Part shown: positions 46,496 through 55,645 of the stretch, one piece after another
How positions within the stretch are numbered: position 1 is the stretch's first letter
How the letters are laid out: every line of letters starts with the position of its first letter
DNA from: Acidobacteriota bacterium
GTDB lineage: Bacteria; Acidobacteriota; Vicinamibacteria; Vicinamibacterales; JAKQTR01
Length of the DNA: 64,000 nt
Assembly (NCBI GenBank): GCA_029562975.1
Contig: JAKQTR010000043.1
Location: 72,491 to 136,490, forward strand
Direction of reading: 5' to 3'
The notes under the pieces: generated by a model
Databases searched by the model: none
What the model was told of the DNA's origin: nothing
The model's input: only the letters and a program-made list of their open reading frames with translations
Translations under genes and position numbers: made by a program

Positions 46496-47896
46496 TCACC
46501 GGCCCCCGCCCAGCCATGCCCTGAGCTCATCCAGGGCCGCCCGGACGGCTTCGGGATTGGTGGACTGGGGCGTCCGCTTGGCGGCCACCGACGCGGCGGC
46601 CGAGATGGCCCCGGCGACATCCGGCTCGAACCGGTCGCTGAAGGCCCGCCACTCGTCAGGGCCGAGCGAGGCGAAATCCCGGCCCTGCGCGGAGAGCGTC
46701 CTCACCATGCCGCCCACGATGGCGTGCGCGTCGCGGAACGCCACGCCGCGCGCCACGAGGTAGTCGGCGACGTCGGTCGCCAGCAGTAGCCCTGATGCGG
46801 CCCTCCCGGTCCGTTCCGCGTTCAGCTCCAGGCCGGCGACGACGGCCGCGCTCGCGTCGAGCGAGGCCGACACGGTGTCTTCGGCCTCGAACACGGCTTC
46901 CTTGTCCTCCTGCAGGTCCCGGTTGTACCCGCTCGGCAGCCCCTTCATCGTCGCCAGCCACCCGGCGAGGCGGCCGAGCACCCGGCCGGACTTGCCGCGG
47001 GCGAGCTCCAGAGGATCCGGGTTCTTCTTCTGCGGCATCAGGCTGCTGCCGGTGGCGAAGCGGTCTGGCAGGTCGAAGAACCCGAATTCCTCCGACGTGA
47101 AGAGGATCACGTCCTCGGCGAGGCGGCTGAGGTGCACCATGGCCACCGAGCACGCGAACAGGAAGGCGGCCGCGAAGTCGCGATCGGAGGACGCGTCGAG
47201 GCTGTTCGAGACGACGCGCGAGAAGCCCAGGCGCCTCGCCAGGAACGCCGTGTCGACGGCGCAAGTCGCGCCGGCGATGGCGCCGGATCCGAGGGGCATT
47301 TCGTCGGCCTCGTCGGCGGCCCGCTCGAACCGCCCGGCGTCGCGACGGAACGCTGCGGCGTGGGCGAGGAAGAAGTGCGCCGCCAGGATGGGCTGCGCTC
47401 GTCTGAGATGCGTGTAGGACGGCATGAGCGCGCCGCCGCACGCCTCGGCGCGCGACGCCAGCGCCCCGGCCAGCCGCTTCAGCCGTGCGACGATCCCGGG
47501 AATGCGGCGCTTGAGGTAGAGGCGCAGGTCGAGCGACACCTGCTCGTTGCGCGAGCGCCCGGTGTGCAGGCGCTTGCCTGCCTCGCCAATCCGCTCCACG
47601 AGCTGCCGCTCGACAAACGCGTGGATGTCCTCGTCCGGGCCGCTCACGAACGCCGCGTCGGCGCGGCCGGCGGCGAGTATGGCCTGCAGCCCCCCGGCCA
47701 TCGCATCCGCATCGCCCTGGCTGATGACCCCGGCGCGGGCGAGCGCCTCGGCCCAGGCCAGGCTGCCTTCCACGTCCTCCTCGAAGAGCCGCCGGTCGAA
47801 TGGCAGCGACACGCCGAAGGAAAACACGCCGGCGTCGGGCCCGCCGTCGAAGCGCCCCGACCAGAGGTGCGGCCCCGGGCGGCCCGCGCCGCTCAT
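46496..47896 (-). CDS. argH: Argininosuccinate lyase
   Basis: HTGRSRNEQV and the GSSLMPQKKNPD signature. ATG 47896 overlaps the argR stop (ATGA). Confidence 0.95.
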   Translation of the reverse strand: MSGAGRPGPHLWSGRFDGGPDAGVFSFGVSLPFDRRLFEEDVEGSLAWAEALARAGVISQGDADAMAGGLQAILAAGRADAAFVSGPDEDIHAFVERQLVERIGEAGKRLHTGRSRNEQVSLDLRLYLKRRIPGIVARLKRLAGALASRAEACGGALMPSYTHLRRAQPILAAHFFLAHAAAFRRDAGRFERAADEADEMPLGSGAIAGATCAVDTAFLARRLGFSRVVSNSLDASSDRDFAAAFLFACSVAMVHLSRLAEDVILFTSEEFGFFDLPDRFATGSSLMPQKKNPDPLELARGKSGRVLGRLAGWLATMKGLPSGYNRDLQEDKEAVFEAEDTVSASLDASAAVVAGLELNAERTGRAASGLLLATDVADYLVARGVAFRDAHAIVGGMVRTLSAQGRDFASLGPDEWRAFSDRFEPDVAGAISAAASVAAKRTPQSTNPEAVRAALDELRAWLGGGR

Positions 47897-48345
47897 GTCC
47901 TCGCCATCCTGTCGAAGCGGGCCGCGACCGACGCGGCGGCCGGCGCGTTGCGGCAGATCACTAGGACGGTGTCCTCGCCGCCAATCGTGCCGATCACGCC
48001 GGACATCCTGGCGGCGTCGACGGCGCTCGCGAGCGGCTGCGCCTGCGCGAGGCCGGTCTTCAGCACGACGAGCTGCCCTGAGCGCTCGAGGCCCGTCAGG
48101 TACTCGGCGATTGCGCGCCGCAGCCGCGACGTGGCGACGGCGGGGTCCGCGCTCTCGGTCCCGGGCCGGTGGTACGCACCGTCGCCGCTCGCCTTGACCA
48201 GGCCGAGATCGCGGATGTCGCGGGAGAGCGTGGCCTGGGTCACCGAGAACCCCAGCGCCTTGAGGCGCCGCCTGAGTCCTTCCTGGCTCGACAGCGGCAC
48301 GCGATCGACGAGATCGAGGATGGCGGCCTGCCTGCGCGTCTTCAT
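47893..48345 (-). CDS. argR: Arginine repressor ArgR
   Basis: SQEGLRRRLKALGFSVTQATLSRDIRDLGLVK (wHTH) and the C-terminal GTIGGEDTVLVI oligomerisation/arginine-binding motif. Confidence 0.9.
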   Translation of the reverse strand: MKTRRQAAILDLVDRVPLSSQEGLRRRLKALGFSVTQATLSRDIRDLGLVKASGDGAYHRPGTESADPAVATSRLRRAIAEYLTGLERSGQLVVLKTGLAQAQPLASAVDAARMSGVIGTIGGEDTVLVICRNAPAAASVAARFDRMART

Positions 48346-48356
48346 CGGGATGGGTC

Positions 48357-49490
48357 CTACCCCATGGCCCCTTCGGGGTAGTACAGCGCGAGGCGCAGCT
48401 CCTTGGCCAGCGCCTCCACGGAGGACCCCTTGCTCCACGCGCCCTGGGTCTCGAAGCGAAGGTCGCCGATGCGGTGGCCCCACGGCGCGATGACGCGGCC
48501 GATGGCCCTGAAGTCGGCGCGGTCGGCGTGCTCCTCGTCCAGCCGCCGCACGACCTCCGGCGACACGCGCAGGAAGGCGCGAAGGGCCGACGACGACTTG
48601 ATGCTGTACTTCCGCCCGTTCCACGCCGCGCCGAAGACCAGCGCGACCTGCTTGAAGTAGTTGACGAAGAAACGCGTGGCCTCGTCATGGAACTCGCGGG
48701 TCCGGCGCGGCCCGCCGAAGGCGTCGCCCTGGAAGAGACGCTTGAGCTCCTGCGCGAGCGGCGCCTGCGCCACGCTGCCATGGCCCACGCCGAGCAGCTT
48801 GATGTCCATGTGGAGCGGCGAGTCGTCGCGATCGTTCAGGGCCCGGACGATGTCGTGCGCGAGCGCGAGGTTGGCGTCCCGGTACAGCTGGCGGCCGGAC
48901 AGGCTTACCAGGTGCGACGAGTTCAGCCGCGTGTGCTTCGCGTTGATCGTCACGAACATCTGGACGATGTGGTCCTCGGGCAGCTGGTCGAAGATCACGG
49001 CCGGCACCGAGAACGCCTCCTCGCCGAACCGCTCGATGTCCGCGTGCATCGCGAGAAGGCGGTGCTGGCCGTCGATGGCCCGCAGGATGCCCTCGCGCTC
49101 GGGCACCTTCAGGACGCCCAGGCTCGAGCCTTCCTCGACGGGAGAGAAGCCGAGCTTCTCGTCGGACGAGATGATGACCGCGCCCGGGATCGAGGGCAGG
49201 TCGCGCGCCTGGCGGCACTGCTCGTAGTAGCCGACGAGCTCGTCGATCTTCCGGCGGATGATCTGCCGCTGGTACGCCTGCTCGCTGGCGGCGATCCGAC
49301 GCTCGAGCAGGTCCCAGTTCACCTTGGAGGCGACAGCGCCCCGCTTCTTCCCGCGCACGGGGGGCTGATGCGGCTGCCCGTAGCTCAGCACCTCGAAGCG
49401 CACGAGCCTGTCGATGTCCCTGGCGGTCAGCGAGGCCTGGTAGAACCGAACCCCGAATTGCTGCATCTGGATGGCGGACACGTTGATCAT
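48357..49490 (-). CDS. DGQHR-domain protein (DndB-like, ParB/Srx-fold superfamily), orphan
   Basis: A literal DGQHR motif occurs in LRAIDGQHRLLAMH. Its 377-aa length is typical of the DndB family. It ends 11 nt before the argR ATG on the same strand. Confidence 0.8.
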   Translation of the reverse strand: MINVSAIQMQQFGVRFYQASLTARDIDRLVRFEVLSYGQPHQPPVRGKKRGAVASKVNWDLLERRIAASEQAYQRQIIRRKIDELVGYYEQCRQARDLPSIPGAVIISSDEKLGFSPVEEGSSLGVLKVPEREGILRAIDGQHRLLAMHADIERFGEEAFSVPAVIFDQLPEDHIVQMFVTINAKHTRLNSSHLVSLSGRQLYRDANLALAHDIVRALNDRDDSPLHMDIKLLGVGHGSVAQAPLAQELKRLFQGDAFGGPRRTREFHDEATRFFVNYFKQVALVFGAAWNGRKYSIKSSSALRAFLRVSPEVVRRLDEEHADRADFRAIGRVIAPWGHRIGDLRFETQGAWSKGSSVEALAKELRLALYYPEGAMG

Positions 49491-49507
49491 GGCTGAATCC
49501 TGCGGTA

Positions 49508-49535
49508 TTCTTACCCGCTTTTTCGGGGATTTCAG
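49508..49535 (-). promoter_or_regulatory. Possible promoter of the DGQHR gene
   Basis: On the minus strand: CTGAAA (49530-49535), a 16-nt spacer, TAAGAA (49508-49513), in a locally AT-rich patch. AGGA lies 8 nt before the ATG. Confidence 0.25.
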
Positions 49536-49639
49536 CCGTTATCTGCACGGTTCCAGGCCCCGGTGAGTCTGCCGCTCCCCGGAGCGCCGCCCGCCTCCGC
49601 GCGAACGGTTCCTCTAACCCTTTGACAGGCTGTAACTTG

Positions 49640-50533
49640 CTAGGCTCGAGGCGGCGCTCCCTCGCGCTCCAGCGCGGCCCGGCATATCCGGAGCTCCCTC
49701 TTCCGGGCCGGGGAAAGCGTCGGAAACGCCAGGTCGAGGCCCTCCAGGGCCTCGACGATGGCCGACGCCACCACGATGCGGGCGAACCGCTTGCTGTCGG
49801 AGGGCACGACGATCCAGGGCGCGTGCAGGGTGGCGGTGTGCCGGATGGTGTCCTCGTAGGCCGCCATGTAGTCGTCCCAGCGCTCCCGCTCCTTCACGTC
49901 GGCCGCCGAGAACTTCCAGTTCTTCTCCGGCCGGGCAATCCGGTCGAGGAACCGCTCCTTCTGCTCCTCTTTCGACACGTGGAGGAAGAACTTGCGGATG
50001 AGGTAGCCGTTGCGCGCCAGGTAGCGCTCGAACGCGTTGATGTCCTCGAAGCGGTCGCGCCAGATGGTCTTCGTCCTGGCGGCTGCGGGGAGCTTCGCGC
50101 GGTCGAGGATCTCGGGATGCACGCGCACCACGAGGGTCTCCTCGTAGTAGGACCGGTTGAAGATGCCGATGCGGCCGCGCTCGGGCAGGGCCTTCGTCGT
50201 CCGCCACATGAAGTCGTGGTCGAGTTCCTCGGCCGACGGCGTCTTGAACGAGCAGACCTGGCATCCCTGCGGGTTGACGCCCGACATGACGTGGGCGATG
50301 ACGCTGTCCTTCCCGGCCGCGTCCATGCCCTGGAAGATCAGCAGGACGCCCCAGGTGTCCTGGGCGTAAAGCCTCTCCTGGAGCGCCGCGAGCCGCTCCA
50401 CTCCCTGCTCGAGGAGCTTGCGGGTGTCCTTCTTCGATTGCTTCCACGACCCGCTGCCGGTCGGATGGTCCTTCAGGGAGAACCGGCTGCCGTCGGTGAC
50501 GAGGAACGGGGCGACAAGGTCCTGAGGCTTCAT
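49640..50533 (-). CDS. ppk2: Polyphosphate kinase 2 (PPK2) family protein
   Basis: The Walker A-like GMDAAGKD plus FNRSYYEE and the lid region typical of single-domain PPK2. GGAGGA lies ahead of the ATG. Confidence 0.85.
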   Translation of the reverse strand: MKPQDLVAPFLVTDGSRFSLKDHPTGSGSWKQSKKDTRKLLEQGVERLAALQERLYAQDTWGVLLIFQGMDAAGKDSVIAHVMSGVNPQGCQVCSFKTPSAEELDHDFMWRTTKALPERGRIGIFNRSYYEETLVVRVHPEILDRAKLPAAARTKTIWRDRFEDINAFERYLARNGYLIRKFFLHVSKEEQKERFLDRIARPEKNWKFSAADVKERERWDDYMAAYEDTIRHTATLHAPWIVVPSDSKRFARIVVASAIVEALEGLDLAFPTLSPARKRELRICRAALEREGAPPRA

Positions 50534-50664
50534 GGTCTTCCTCCGGCTTCGGCCGGGTGCGCCGCCAGCGTCTCACGATGCGCGGCCCGAGGGGCGGGAT
50601 TCCGCCCGCCAGCGCGTCGAAGGGGCCGGGCGTCCCGGCGGCGGACGCGGCGCCCGGCCGCGGC

Positions 50665-51096
50665 TCAACTCGCCTCGCTGCGGGGGCGGGCCCGGACCAC
50701 GGTCGTCTCGAGCTCGATGTCCTGGCGCATCGAATGCCACACCGAGCAGTACTTCTCGCGCGAGAGCGCGATCGCGCGGTCGATGTGCTCCTGCGGGGCG
50801 TTCGTGTCCAGGATGATGCGCATCTCGACCCGCACGAACCGCCTCGGCTCGGTGTCGGCGCGGTGGCCCCTCAGGTTCACCTCGAGCGCCACAACATCGA
50901 AGCGCCCGCGCGCAAGGATGTGGACGATGTCGATGGCGATGCACCCGGCAAGGCTCGACGCCAGGGCCACGACCGGCGTCGGGCCGGCCTGGTTCCGGCC
51001 GTCCAGCACCCATTCGTGGACGCCGTCGTGCGCCGTGAAGGCCTGGTCGCCGTCCCACTCGAGGTTCACGATGACCGGCGGTCTCGCGTCAGCCAT
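50665..51096 (-). CDS. OsmC/Ohr family peroxiredoxin-like protein
   Basis: 143 aa with the two conserved Cys contexts (LAGCIAID and KYCSV) of the OsmC fold. Confidence 0.75.
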   Translation of the reverse strand: MADARPPVIVNLEWDGDQAFTAHDGVHEWVLDGRNQAGPTPVVALASSLAGCIAIDIVHILARGRFDVVALEVNLRGHRADTEPRRFVRVEMRIILDTNAPQEHIDRAIALSREKYCSVWHSMRQDIELETTVVRARPRSEAS

Positions 51097-51392
51097 GCTC
51101 TCGGCAGCTCCTCCGGCCTGCCCTCTGCCTCCGGAATCAAACGGCGCACGCCCTCTCGAGGCTGCGGGCCTCCAGGCCGCGCCGGCGCGGCTCGACTCCC
51201 GGGCGATTCACCCGGCCGGCCCCCTGGAGCGCCGTGCCACGTCAGGCAGCCTCTTCGTGTCCCGGGGCGGCGGCGCCCCGCCGGTCCGCGGGCGCCGGGG
51301 CGGCCCATGGACTTCGCGCCCGCATCATTGTAGCCCCTGGGCGCGCCGTTCCCCGGGTTGTCTGCCTCGCCGCGGCTTGCTAGGCTGGGTCC

Positions 51393-52352
51393 ATGAGCCG
51401 CACCCGGCGATTTCTGGCGGCGGCAGCCGCCGCGACGCTGGCGGCCGCTGCCGCAGGGCGCGGGCCCGAGGCCGCTGGCGCCGCCGCGCCGCGCCCCGAG
51501 GCCAGGCAGGGCGGAGTGTTCCGCAGCGGCGCGCGGATGGTCCCGATCTACGCGACGGTCACCGACGCGCGCGGCGCGCTGGTGCCGGATCTGACGCGCG
51601 CGGAGTTCGAGGTTCTCGACAACGGCGTCCGCCAGGACCTCCTCGTCTTCGAGAACCAGACGCAGCCCTTCACCGCGGTCGTCATGCTCGACAGCAGCGG
51701 CAGCATGACCTCGTCGCTCAAGCTCGTGAAGGCCGCCGCCGAGCAGTTCCTGATCCGCCTGCTGCCGCAGGACAAGGCCCAGGTCGGCGCGTTCAACGAC
51801 AAGATCCAGTTCAGCGGCGAGTTCACCTCGGACCGGGACGCCCTGATCGCCGCCCTCGGCGATCTGGATTTCGGCAACCCCACCCGCCTCTACGACGCCC
51901 TCGACGAATCCCTCGATCGGCTCGCCCCGACCGAGGGCCGGCGCGTGATCGTGGTGCTGACAGACGGGGAGGACACGGCCAGCCGGCGCGGCCGGGGCGA
52001 CGTGCTCGCCCGGGCCGTGGCCGGCGAGGTCATGATCTACGGCATTGGACTCGAGTCCGACTACTTCAACGGGGTCCGCCGCGTCCGTACGAGCCCCGAC
52101 CGCGTGGTCCGGAGGCTCGCGGAGGAGACCGGCGGAGGCTACTTCCTGCTCAGGGAGACCTCGAACCTGAGCAGCACGTTCACGCGCATCGCCCAGGAGC
52201 TGCACAGCCAGTACGTGCTGGGCTTCACGCCGGCCGTGCTCGACGGCAGGGTGCATCAGCTGACCGTGAACGTGAAGCGCCCGGGCATGAAGGCCCGGGC
52301 GCGCAAAACGTACGTCGCCGCGTCGGAGGCTGGCACAGGCCCGCCGAAGTGA
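51393..52352 (+). CDS. VWA domain-containing secreted protein (acidobacterial VWFA-related type)
   Basis: Signal peptide, the MIDAS motif DSSGSM, and VVLTDGEDT. Confidence 0.8.
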   Translation: MSRTRRFLAAAAAATLAAAAAGRGPEAAGAAAPRPEARQGGVFRSGARMVPIYATVTDARGALVPDLTRAEFEVLDNGVRQDLLVFENQTQPFTAVVMLDSSGSMTSSLKLVKAAAEQFLIRLLPQDKAQVGAFNDKIQFSGEFTSDRDALIAALGDLDFGNPTRLYDALDESLDRLAPTEGRRVIVVLTDGEDTASRRGRGDVLARAVAGEVMIYGIGLESDYFNGVRRVRTSPDRVVRRLAEETGGGYFLLRETSNLSSTFTRIAQELHSQYVLGFTPAVLDGRVHQLTVNVKRPGMKARARKTYVAASEAGTGPPK

Positions 52353-52397
52353 GCGCGCCCGCCCGCCGCAGGCGCGAGGGCGAGCCGGAAGGCCCGC

Positions 52398-52481
52398 TCA
52401 GGCCAGGGCGGCAATGACGGCCACGATGAGCAGCACGGCCACGAGCCAGTCCGCGTTGCTCGACACGTTCCACTCGAACAT
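52398..52481 (-). CDS. 27-codon hydrophobic peptide (candidate small membrane protein)
   Basis: MFEWNVSSNADWLVAVLLIVAVIAALA. A strong GAGGAGG lies 5 nt upstream of the ATG. It is embedded in the 73-aa track ORF 52398-52619. Confidence 0.4.
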   Translation of the reverse strand: MFEWNVSSNADWLVAVLLIVAVIAALA

Positions 52482-52713
52482 GACGTCCTCCTCTCGTGCG
52501 AGTCGAATGGCTCTACTGACCCCCGGCGGACGCCGACGGCAGACAGCTCGCGCCCGAGATCGGCGCCATCCGCGCCTGACCTTGGCCGAGCGCCGTTCAG
52601 CCTGGAACCCCGGGGGCATTCGAGCCCACCTGGATCAGTAGACGCGGAACGAGGCGCTCTGGTTCGGCTCGGCGCCGGGCCGCGGCGCCGCGCCCGTCTG
52701 CTATCATCGACCC

Positions 52714-53037
52714 ATGCCGGACGGCTTGACCGACCATGAGTTCGCGGCGAAAGCCGAATCGGCCATCGAGGCGCTGCAGCGCGGCCTGCTCGGCCTCGCC
52801 GACGAGGAGGGGTTCGAGATCGATCTGGAGGGCGGCGTGCTCAAGATCGAATTCGAAGAGCCTTCCAATGCGACCTTCGTCATCAGCCCCAACGCCCCGG
52901 TCCGCCAGATCTGGGTGTCGGCGCTCGTGCAGAGCTACAAGCTGGCCTGGTCGCAGGAAACGGGCGCCTTCGCCCTCGGCGGCGAGACGCTCACGCAGCT
53001 GGTCGAGCGGCTCGTACGCCTGCACCTCGGCCGCTGA
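52714..53037 (+). CDS. cyaY: Frataxin homologue CyaY
   Basis: The FEIDLEGGVLKIEF...FVISPNAPVRQIWVSA pattern of CyaY/frataxin. Confidence 0.85.
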   Translation: MPDGLTDHEFAAKAESAIEALQRGLLGLADEEGFEIDLEGGVLKIEFEEPSNATFVISPNAPVRQIWVSALVQSYKLAWSQETGAFALGGETLTQLVERLVRLHLGR

Positions 53038-53047
53038 CGACAGCGGG

Positions 53048-53136
53048 CTCGCGGCGCCGCGCTGACGGAGAGGCGCGCATCAGGCGGCGGTTTCGGTTCA
53101 ACGGAACACTCGCGGCGCCGCGCTGACGGGGAGGCG
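53048..53136 (+). repeat. Two 28-nt direct repeats 61 nt apart
   Basis: CTCGCGGCGCCGCGCTGACGG(A/G)GAGGCG at 53048-53075 and 53109-53136, matching at 27 of 28 positions. Confidence 0.85.
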
Positions 53137-53200
53137 GGCCGGATACCCGGCCGGCGATGTACAATCCGGGCGGCCGTTCGTCAACACAGGGAGGCGCTAG

Positions 53201-53869
53201 ATGCGGAGATTCGCGATCGTCTGTCTGGCCGGAGTCGTCGCGCTGGCGGCCGCAGGGTGCGGCGGCAAGAAAGAGGCACAGCAGCAGGCGGCCGGCGCCG
53301 CGCGGGAACCTGCCACGCAGGATCAGCGGTCCGCCACGGGGGAACCGGGCGGCGGTGAGGCTGACGTCGCCAAGGGCATGCAGGAGTTCGCCCGGGCGAT
53401 GGAATCCATGCAGAAGTCGCCCGACGGCAAGGCGTACGAGCCGGTGAGCTTCAGAACGCTCATCGAGCTGCTGCCGGACGTCCCGGGCTGGGAGAAGGAG
53501 GAGCCCGAGGGCGAGAGCACGACGGCGCCGGTCCGCTTCTCCCAGGCCAGCGCGGGCTACACCAAGGGCGACGCGCGCATCGAAGTGAAGATCGTCGACA
53601 CCGCGATGTCCAGGCTCCTGACGATGCCCTACCAGATGTTCCTGGCGGCGGGCTACTCGAAGGAGTCGACGAGCGGCTACGAGAAGGCCGTCAAGGTGAA
53701 CGGACAGCCCGGCTGGGAGAAGTGGAACAGCGAGTCGAAGACGGCCGAACTCGGCGTGATCGTCGGAGAGCGGTTCCTCGTCACCGTCGAAGGCTCGGGC
53801 GCGGACATCAAGGACGCGCAGGCCGTTGCCGGCCGGCTCGACATGGCGAAGCTGGCGGCCTTGAAGTAG
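53201..53869 (+). CDS. Hypothetical lipoprotein
   Basis: GGGAGG RBS. Signal peptide with a lipobox (LAAAGC). Confidence 0.65.
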   Translation: MRRFAIVCLAGVVALAAAGCGGKKEAQQQAAGAAREPATQDQRSATGEPGGGEADVAKGMQEFARAMESMQKSPDGKAYEPVSFRTLIELLPDVPGWEKEEPEGESTTAPVRFSQASAGYTKGDARIEVKIVDTAMSRLLTMPYQMFLAAGYSKESTSGYEKAVKVNGQPGWEKWNSESKTAELGVIVGERFLVTVEGSGADIKDAQAVAGRLDMAKLAALK

Positions 53870-53881
53870 CCGCCGGCGCCG

Positions 53882-54904
53882 CTACAGCCTGAACCCGGCG
53901 CGCAGCGGGTCGTCGTCATCGATCAGGAAGACGTGCTCGCCGGTGATCCAGGCCGACCCCTCGATCTCGGGCAGGATCGCGTCGAACCCGCCGACGCGCG
54001 TCCGGCCCGCGACGCGCCCCCGGAACAGCGTCCCGATCACGCTCTCGTGCCCGAAGGCGCGATCCTCCGGCAGGAGCCCCATGTCGGCGAGCACCGCCAT
54101 CACGGCGCACGTCCCGGTGCCGCACGGCGAGCGATCGACCTCGGCATCGGCGAAGATCGTCACGTTGCGCAGGTCGGCGTCCTCGCGCCCCGGCGGGCCG
54201 GTGAAGATCGTGCCGTAGATGCCCTTCAGGCCCTTCTCGAGCGGATGCACCACGGGCACGGCCGCCTCGGCCGCCCGCGCGATCTCCATCCCGAGGCCCC
54301 GCAGGTCCGCCAGCCGCGAACCCGTGATGGGCACTCCGGCCGACTCGGCATCCACGATCGCGTAGAACGCGCCGCCGAACGCGATGTCCGCGCGGAGGCT
54401 TCGTCCCCGGGCCTTCAGCTCCAGGCCCGGCGCGAGCACGAACGACGGCACGTTGTCGAACGCGACGTGCGCAACCCGGACGGCGCCGTCCCCGCGCGCC
54501 TCCGCCGCCGCCCTGGCCCGCACGGGCCCGGCCGGCGTGTCGAACACGATCTCCCCGGCCCGCCGCGGATGGATCAGCCCCCGCTCGAGCGCGATGGTCG
54601 TCGCGGCGATGATGCCGTGGCCGCACATGGTGCTGTAGCCCTCGTTGTGCATGAAGAGCACGCCGGCGTCCGACGCGCCGGTGACGGGCTCGGTGAGGAC
54701 CGCGCCGTACATGTCCGCGTGCCCCCGGGGCTCGAGCATCAGCGCCCGCCGGACGTGGTCGGCGTGGCGCGCCGCCCAGGCGCGCTTCTCGAGCATTGTG
54801 CGGCCGGCCGGCGCGGAGTAGCCTTCGACAATCAGGCGGAGGGGCTCGCCGGCGGCGTGGGCGTCGATGGTCCGGTAGCGGCGCGGCGCGGGTCTTCGGG
54901 ACAT
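53882..54904 (-). CDS. Proline racemase / 4-hydroxyproline epimerase family protein (Cys/Cys type)
   Basis: STMCGHG and DRSPCGTGT catalytic motifs. Both catalytic positions are Cys, which indicates a racemase/epimerase rather than a dehydratase. Confidence 0.8.
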   Translation of the reverse strand: MSRRPAPRRYRTIDAHAAGEPLRLIVEGYSAPAGRTMLEKRAWAARHADHVRRALMLEPRGHADMYGAVLTEPVTGASDAGVLFMHNEGYSTMCGHGIIAATTIALERGLIHPRRAGEIVFDTPAGPVRARAAAEARGDGAVRVAHVAFDNVPSFVLAPGLELKARGRSLRADIAFGGAFYAIVDAESAGVPITGSRLADLRGLGMEIARAAEAAVPVVHPLEKGLKGIYGTIFTGPPGREDADLRNVTIFADAEVDRSPCGTGTCAVMAVLADMGLLPEDRAFGHESVIGTLFRGRVAGRTRVGGFDAILPEIEGSAWITGEHVFLIDDDDPLRAGFRL

Positions 54905-55083
54905 GACACCTCGCGTGAGTCGCGCGGACCGCGATTATACGCGAGCGGCGCGCTGATTCCGGGCCTGGGGAACCGCGGCTGAGGCCGCCGGGGGCTGGCG
55001 CCGATACGAAGTGCGCACGAGGCCCGCCGCGGGCGCGACTCACGGCTGCGGCGGCTGGCGACCCCGGAGGCGACGTCGCGCAA

Positions 55084-55629
55084 GTGACCGGGCGGGGAAC
55101 ATACGCCCGCCGCGAGCGTCAGTACCAGCAGATGGCGAAGAAGACTCCCTGGCCCGTCATCGTCCTCGGGATCGGCGCCTTCGCGCTGATCATGGGGGCG
55201 GCTCTGATCGCCGTCGCCGGCTACTTCGTCTACCAGCAGTTCGCCATCCAGGCGACCGCGGCCACCGAGGAGGACGCCGCGCAGGAGTTCGCGCTGGCCG
55301 CGAGCCGGTTCCAAGGCCAGAAGCCCTACCTGGCCATCAAGGACGGGGAGCCGATCGTGAGCAACGATCGGCCCGCGAAGCCGGGCGAGCCCATCGACGC
55401 CATTCACATCCTCGTGTGGGATCCTGACCAGGGCCGGGTCGTCCGGTTCAACGTCCCGCTCTGGCTGCTCCGGATGTCGAAGGGGCACCCGATCAAGATC
55501 CAGCACGACGGCGACGAGGCTCCCGTCAGGCTGAAGCTCACGGCCGCGGACCTCGAGAAGCGGGGGCCTGGCCTTATTCTGGACCACAAGGACGCCGGCG
55601 GCCAGCGCATCCTCGTCTGGGCGCAGTAG
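55084..55629 (+). CDS. Hypothetical membrane-anchored protein
   Basis: Single N-terminal TM segment (WPVIVLGIGAFALIMGAALIAVAGYF). The start is ambiguous between GTG 55084 and in-frame ATG 55132. Confidence 0.55.
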   Translation: MTGRGTYARRERQYQQMAKKTPWPVIVLGIGAFALIMGAALIAVAGYFVYQQFAIQATAATEEDAAQEFALAASRFQGQKPYLAIKDGEPIVSNDRPAKPGEPIDAIHILVWDPDQGRVVRFNVPLWLLRMSKGHPIKIQHDGDEAPVRLKLTAADLEKRGPGLILDHKDAGGQRILVWAQ

Positions 55630-55645
55630 CCACCGGCGTTCGCGC

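Noticed and set aside
41493-49490. Possible dpd-like 7-deazaguanine DNA-modification system (queC/queD plus a DndB/DpdB-like DGQHR gene).
   Set aside because: The que genes and the DGQHR gene are 6 kb apart, separated by unrelated housekeeping genes (fabI, argH, argR and a c-di-GMP enzyme). No DpdA/TGT-like, helicase or nuclease genes are present. The adjacency is most likely coincidental.
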